Positions 59,451 through 64,000 of a DNA stretch of 64,000 bases are shown here, in pieces. Within the stretch, counting starts at the first letter, position 1. Each line of letters begins with the position of its first letter. The position numbers and the translations under genes were made by a program. The notes beneath the pieces were generated by a model. The model did not search any database and was not told the DNA's origin. It saw only the letters and a program-made list of their open reading frames with translations. The stretch lies in the NCBI GenBank assembly GCA_963666345.1, contig OY762721.1, forward strand, positions 3,072,001 through 3,136,000. Reading direction: 5' to 3'. The DNA is from Desulfatiglandales bacterium. Its GTDB lineage: Bacteria; Desulfobacterota; DSM-4660; Desulfatiglandales; Desulfatiglandaceae.

Positions 59451-60099
59451 AATCCCTCCATCTTACCAGTTCACCGATGGGGGCGCGTTCAGACCTTGCC
59501 ATGTTGATTTTTCCTTCAGGGTCGGGGTAGCCTATGGCTATCCCTATTACCACCTCTTTTTCATCAGGAAGGCTTAATTCTTCCTTTATATCCTCGTCAA
59601 AGGCTGTGATTATTCCGATCGGGCATGTGCCAAGCCCCTTTGAGTGGCAAACCAGGAGAAGATAGCCCACAAATACCCCCAGATCGGTCAGGCGCGCCTT
59701 TGAAAATACCTTGTCAATAGTGACAATTACGGCGGTGGGAGCTCCGTAGAAATTGCAGCTGCCTTCATTGATGAAATCCTGAAACTTCTTCTCAGCCGGC
59801 AGATGCGGAAGCATAACCTCCAAAAGCCCCCTCTGCCTGTTTATGAAGTATTGCTGAAGGGGGTTCTTTGCTCCGGGACCGCAGGAGATATTTCTTTCTT
59901 TCATTCTTTTTACCAGCAGGCGGCTGAGCCTCTTTTTCTCCTCGCCCGATACCACCGTAAGTTCCCATGGCTGCAGATTAATCGCGGAAGGGGCCCTGGC
60001 GGCGATAGTAATAATCTCCTCCAGCCTCTGTCTTTCGACAGGTCTTGCCAAAAAAGCCCTTGTGCTTCTTCTTTCTCTTATCGCACTAATCAGTTCCAT
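59449..60099 (-). CDS. Nitroreductase family protein
   Basis: RRSTRAF, APSAINLQPW, FYGAP, GLGTC, IAIGYPD. Confidence 0.92.
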   Translation of the reverse strand: MELISAIRERRSTRAFLARPVERQRLEEIITIAARAPSAINLQPWELTVVSGEEKKRLSRLLVKRMKERNISCGPGAKNPLQQYFINRQRGLLEVMLPHLPAEKKFQDFINEGSCNFYGAPTAVIVTIDKVFSKARLTDLGVFVGYLLLVCHSKGLGTCPIGIITAFDEDIKEELSLPDEKEVVIGIAIGYPDPEGKINMARSERAPIGELVRWRD

Positions 60100-60242
60100 A
60101 TGGTTCCTCCCTGCTCAGCCGGCACAATTTCAACTTGAATTGTCAATGAGACCATCACTGAAATGCGGCCATGTCAAAGGCAACTGCGGCTTTACGGATC
60201 AATAGATATCAAAAGGATCTAATCATTGCCGCCGAATATCTA

Positions 60243-61979
60243 CTAAAGGGAAATCTTCAGAAGGGTATAACCCTTTTCCGACAGGACAGCCTTTATCTGC
60301 TCCGGGATTTCCAGATCCGTCGCCATGATCCTCTTCCCCTGTTTGTCGGAAAAAACGATTGAAGAGAGACTGATTTTGATGTTTCTTTTCTCTTCTCTTG
60401 CCGAAGCCGATATATAATTTGGAGACGGGTCATATTTTACACTTAGAAAATCGAGGGTGCGGGATACCATTTTTATCGGGTCTGTTTCTTCGGCCAGGGT
60501 GAGAACCGAAAAACCATGGTCCTTTAAAAGGGCTGTCATTTCATCTGAAAGGCCGCTGAAATCTATGATCGCCTCTGTGCCTTTCAGTTTAAAGAGAATG
60601 TCGGCCTTTATTATTACACTGAATCCGGCCTTTTCGCTTTGAACCGCAGGTATATCCTCCCTGGAGGTAAAGGAGTGGCCACTGAGACCAAGGATTGTCT
60701 CTATAAGTTCTCTGGCTCCATTGACGGAATCAAGCTGCGTGATCTCCCTATTGTCAGGGGATGTTTCCCCCTCTTCCGGGTAGTCTACTACCCTGACACC
60801 CACCTGCTCAAGGTATTCCCTCACTGCGGCGGGAGTCGATGGAGTATCCTTGCCTCTGAGTGTGATTACCGCAACTTCGGGATCAGCTCCGGGGCCCTTT
60901 TCAGAGGAGACCACTACCCAGTCTCCCGTCAGGATAAGGGGGATCTCTTTCCCCAGTTTATAGGGCTTACCATTCTTGTAGACCCCGGCATAATTACACG
61001 CCGAAAACGCCTTTTCCAAGGCCGCCCTTAAGTCGTCTCCTTGGGCAAGTTTTATGATCCGGTAGTCCTTCCACCTCGATTGGATGAGTTTGGACATCTT
61101 CTCAGGGAGAAGACCACCAATGTCGCAAATGACCTGGATGCCGTTTTTCAGATTTATTATGGGAAATGCCTCTGCCTTGAGATTGATCTGCCCCTCTGAT
61201 TTCAGGGGGACAAAGTGCTCCCCTGAATCCACCCATTGCTCTCCCATCTTGAGAAATATTTGCTTCATGGCCTCAATAACGGCCCCTTTGCCGCTTCCAA
61301 GAGGCAGCGAACCCCCCTTTTCTTCCTGAAACGGTCTTTTTTTAATAGGTTTTCTGAGGATTTGAGGGGAATAGATCGGCAGTCTGATAAACTGTCCCGG
61401 ATATACCCTGTCGAGGTTGTCAATGGACGGATTCAGTTTCTTTACAATCGTAAGGTACTCTTTAAAAGTATCTTCATCGGAGATGTCGTATCTGGCATCT
61501 ATGACCTTGCTTATGGTGTCGCCCGGTCTTATGGTGTAGCTTTCAAAGCTGGTGTCCTTCAACTCCTTGAGAGGTTTTACTTCCTCTATGGGGGAGATCT
61601 CCTCCTGAAATCCCCCGACTGGTAAAATCTTGAGGGGAATGATAATCTTTTCACCCGGGTGCACCAGGTCGAGATTTTCAAAGGAGGCGTTCAGCTCTTT
61701 CAGGGTGTGGAGAATCTCGGCGACCTGGCGGTTATCAAGCAGGCCCTTGTTTCTCAGTACCTTATAGATGTATTCTCCCTTCTTAATCGTGTGAACCTCG
61801 GTGAGCACCTTCTTGTCGCCCACTTTGCGGATGCTTTTGTCCACCTCCGCGGTCTTGACAAGGGATATGGAATAGGTCTTTTCTTCTTCTGCATTACAGA
61901 CAGGGCAGGAAAAAAAGGATAACAGCATTACCATCAAGAGGTATACGGGAAACTTTAAAAAGGGGAGGCATGTGTTCAA
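60243..61979 (-). CDS. Exported protein with two LysM domains
   Basis: HTIKKGE..LN..LDLVHPGE and YTIRPGDT..LNP..LDRVYPGQ. Confidence 0.85.
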   Translation of the reverse strand: MNTCLPFLKFPVYLLMVMLLSFFSCPVCNAEEEKTYSISLVKTAEVDKSIRKVGDKKVLTEVHTIKKGEYIYKVLRNKGLLDNRQVAEILHTLKELNASFENLDLVHPGEKIIIPLKILPVGGFQEEISPIEEVKPLKELKDTSFESYTIRPGDTISKVIDARYDISDEDTFKEYLTIVKKLNPSIDNLDRVYPGQFIRLPIYSPQILRKPIKKRPFQEEKGGSLPLGSGKGAVIEAMKQIFLKMGEQWVDSGEHFVPLKSEGQINLKAEAFPIINLKNGIQVICDIGGLLPEKMSKLIQSRWKDYRIIKLAQGDDLRAALEKAFSACNYAGVYKNGKPYKLGKEIPLILTGDWVVVSSEKGPGADPEVAVITLRGKDTPSTPAAVREYLEQVGVRVVDYPEEGETSPDNREITQLDSVNGARELIETILGLSGHSFTSREDIPAVQSEKAGFSVIIKADILFKLKGTEAIIDFSGLSDEMTALLKDHGFSVLTLAEETDPIKMVSRTLDFLSVKYDPSPNYISASAREEKRNIKISLSSIVFSDKQGKRIMATDLEIPEQIKAVLSEKGYTLLKISL

Positions 61980-62430
61980 GTCTTATCCTTTTTGGGAGCA
62001 GTGGTGAAATGATAACCGAAGATCCTTGGGTTTAATAATAGATAGGAGCTTCAGAAAATGTCAATATCATTCAAGATCGACCGCTTGTTTCATTATGGAA
62101 AACCGTGAGTCATTTTATGTTGTTTTTTTTGAGCGGCAGGGTTCCTTGCTTCAGCCGGCGGAAAAACCCGGCATGGCCGGTCCTGTGGGCCGGGATTCTA
62201 TGGCTCACTATATATTGATGATTCAGGTACAGGTCGATACATTATGTGGTATTTTAGCTTTACATCCGCATCTTGATATGATAAAAAATATCTGCTTAGC
62301 GGTTGCTGGCAGGTCCCTTTCCGGAGGCAGCTACTTATCCTGATCAGGCAGTGAAAATCGCCCGATTTTGACGGATTTTCAGTTCACTGCGGGAAAATTT
62401 GAGAGGCAACCAGGGGCATCGGAGGAGGTT

Positions 62431-64000
62431 ATGAGGATCAACAGGCTTTCAATACTCGGTTTCAAGTCGATAATGGACCGGGTTGAAATAAAATTTCCAC
62501 ATGGAATAAGCGGAATAGTAGGCCCCAACGGTTGTGGAAAAAGCAATATCGTCGACGCGATAAGGTGGTGCATGGGCGAGCAGAGTCCCAAGCAACTTCG
62601 CGGTCGGCAGATGGAGGATCTCATATTCAGCGGCACCGGGGATTACAAGCCGATGGGCATGGCAGAGGTATCTCTTGCCTTTGCAAACGGCGACGGCTCC
62701 TTTCCGGAGGCCTATGCAAACGAGACGGAACTTACGGTAACCAGGCGTTTGTACAGGTCGGGGGAAAGCGAGTACCTTATTAACAGCATGCCTTGCAGAC
62801 TCAAGGACATAGCCGAGATATTCATGGATACGGGCCTTGGAAACAGGGCCTACTCGATCATAGGCCAGGGTCAGATAGGCACTATCCTGGAACAGAAACC
62901 GGAGGAGACCAGGGTAATGCTGGAGGAGGCCGCAGGGATTACCAAATACAGGAAAAAGGTGGAGGCCTCCAGGAAAAAGATAGAACTTACGGAGGCCAAC
63001 CTGCAGAGAGTCGAAGATATAATGGGAGAGATCGAACGGCAGGTGAGGTCTCTCAAAAGGCAGGCCTCCAAGGCCAGACGCTACAAACAGCTGTCTGAAA
63101 AGATAAAGGAACTCGAGCTGATAATGCACGCAAATAACTACAATCAGCTCAAAGAGAAATCGGGCGAAAAACTCAAATCAACTGAAGAACTTGTTCAAAG
63201 AGAATTCACTCAGCAGACCGAATTGAGCAAGCACCAGACGGACGTCGAGGGGATGAATCTCAAGCTTGATGAGATGGATTCCTCTCTTTCAGGCCTTAGA
63301 AAGGCCCATTTCCGTTTGAATGAAAAGGCGAACAGAAAGTCGTCCGAGCTGGAAGGCCTTCAAAGGGAAATGGGGATGCAGGAAGAACTCGAACGAAAGC
63401 TGGTTCAACAAGAGGAGGATCTCAAAAGAAAACTTGTTGAACTTAGATCGGAAAGAGAGAAAATCAAAAAGGAAATTGATGCGAAAGACAAGGCCTGCGA
63501 TGAACTTGAAGGAGAAATCGAGCTCAAGAAAAACCTGCTTAAAGGACGCAGAGAATACCTCAATTCAGCTAAGGATGAGTATGAAAAGGCAAGAGCGGAG
63601 CTTGCGGAGGGGTCCAACAAGGAAATCGGACTTGATCACAAGTCGGGCTATCTAAGGAAGATGATCGACCAGATCAGTGACAACAGATCCAGATTGGAAA
63701 ATGATCTGGATGAGATCGAGGAAAAAACGGAAAAGATCCTCGCGGCATCGGAAAAAAAAGTCCAGGCAAGAGATTCTACGAATCAAAGACTGTCCGATAT
63801 AGAGCGGTCCACTGAAGATCACAAGCTCAAGCTGGAAAAGTATGAGGATAAGAAAAACAGCCTTGAGGCCGAGCTGAAAGCAAGGGAAAAGGAACTGAAC
63901 CTGAGTCAATCCAGGCTCTCAAGCCTTAAGGCCCTGACTGAAAGTTTCGAAGGATACAAGGTCGGAGTCAGAACGATAATGAAGGCCCAGGACTTCCAAC
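62431..64000 (+). CDS. smc: Chromosome segregation protein SMC (3' truncated by window)
   Basis: GFKS, VGPNGCGKSN, GEQS..LRG, IIGQG, EEAAG, coiled coil; GGAGG RBS; absent from the ORF track because there is no stop in the window. Confidence 0.95.
   Translation, partial: MRINRLSILGFKSIMDRVEIKFPHGISGIVGPNGCGKSNIVDAIRWCMGEQSPKQLRGRQMEDLIFSGTGDYKPMGMAEVSLAFANGDGSFPEAYANETELTVTRRLYRSGESEYLINSMPCRLKDIAEIFMDTGLGNRAYSIIGQGQIGTILEQKPEETRVMLEEAAGITKYRKKVEASRKKIELTEANLQRVEDIMGEIERQVRSLKRQASKARRYKQLSEKIKELELIMHANNYNQLKEKSGEKLKSTEELVQREFTQQTELSKHQTDVEGMNLKLDEMDSSLSGLRKAHFRLNEKANRKSSELEGLQREMGMQEELERKLVQQEEDLKRKLVELRSEREKIKKEIDAKDKACDELEGEIELKKNLLKGRREYLNSAKDEYEKARAELAEGSNKEIGLDHKSGYLRKMIDQISDNRSRLENDLDEIEEKTEKILAASEKKVQARDSTNQRLSDIERSTEDHKLKLEKYEDKKNSLEAELKAREKELNLSQSRLSSLKALTESFEGYKVGVRTIMKAQDFQ

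Overview
64 kb of bacterial chromosome; gene content suggests an anaerobic Desulfobacterota-type organism (inference). Left flank: prmA-rsmE, glmM, greA, fdhD, ftsY, tctCBA, tpl/lrp. Right flank: TetR-HlyD-ABC efflux, radA, smc. Between them lies an AT-richer accessory island (~23.9-43.8 kb) that reads as a decaying integron. It holds an intI C-terminal stub, about 10 cassettes with matching GTTRRRY/RYYYAAC core sites, seven toxin-antitoxin loci in various states of decay, four group IIC intron remnants at cassette junctions, two identical IS200 copies and an IS4. Main signals not shown by the ORF track: (1) two adjacent cytochrome ORFs (45766-47640) are one frame interrupted by a single UGA followed by a SECIS-like hairpin, i.e. 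a candidate selenocysteine-containing octaheme cytochrome c, inside a cluster with two identically built sigma-54 promoters; (2) a non-autonomous ISL3-like element family with 8-bp target duplications, internal 8-mer tandem repeats and a four-helix-bundle passenger gene; (3) a duplicated small-RNA-like unit. All family names come from motif recognition by eye; no database searches were run.
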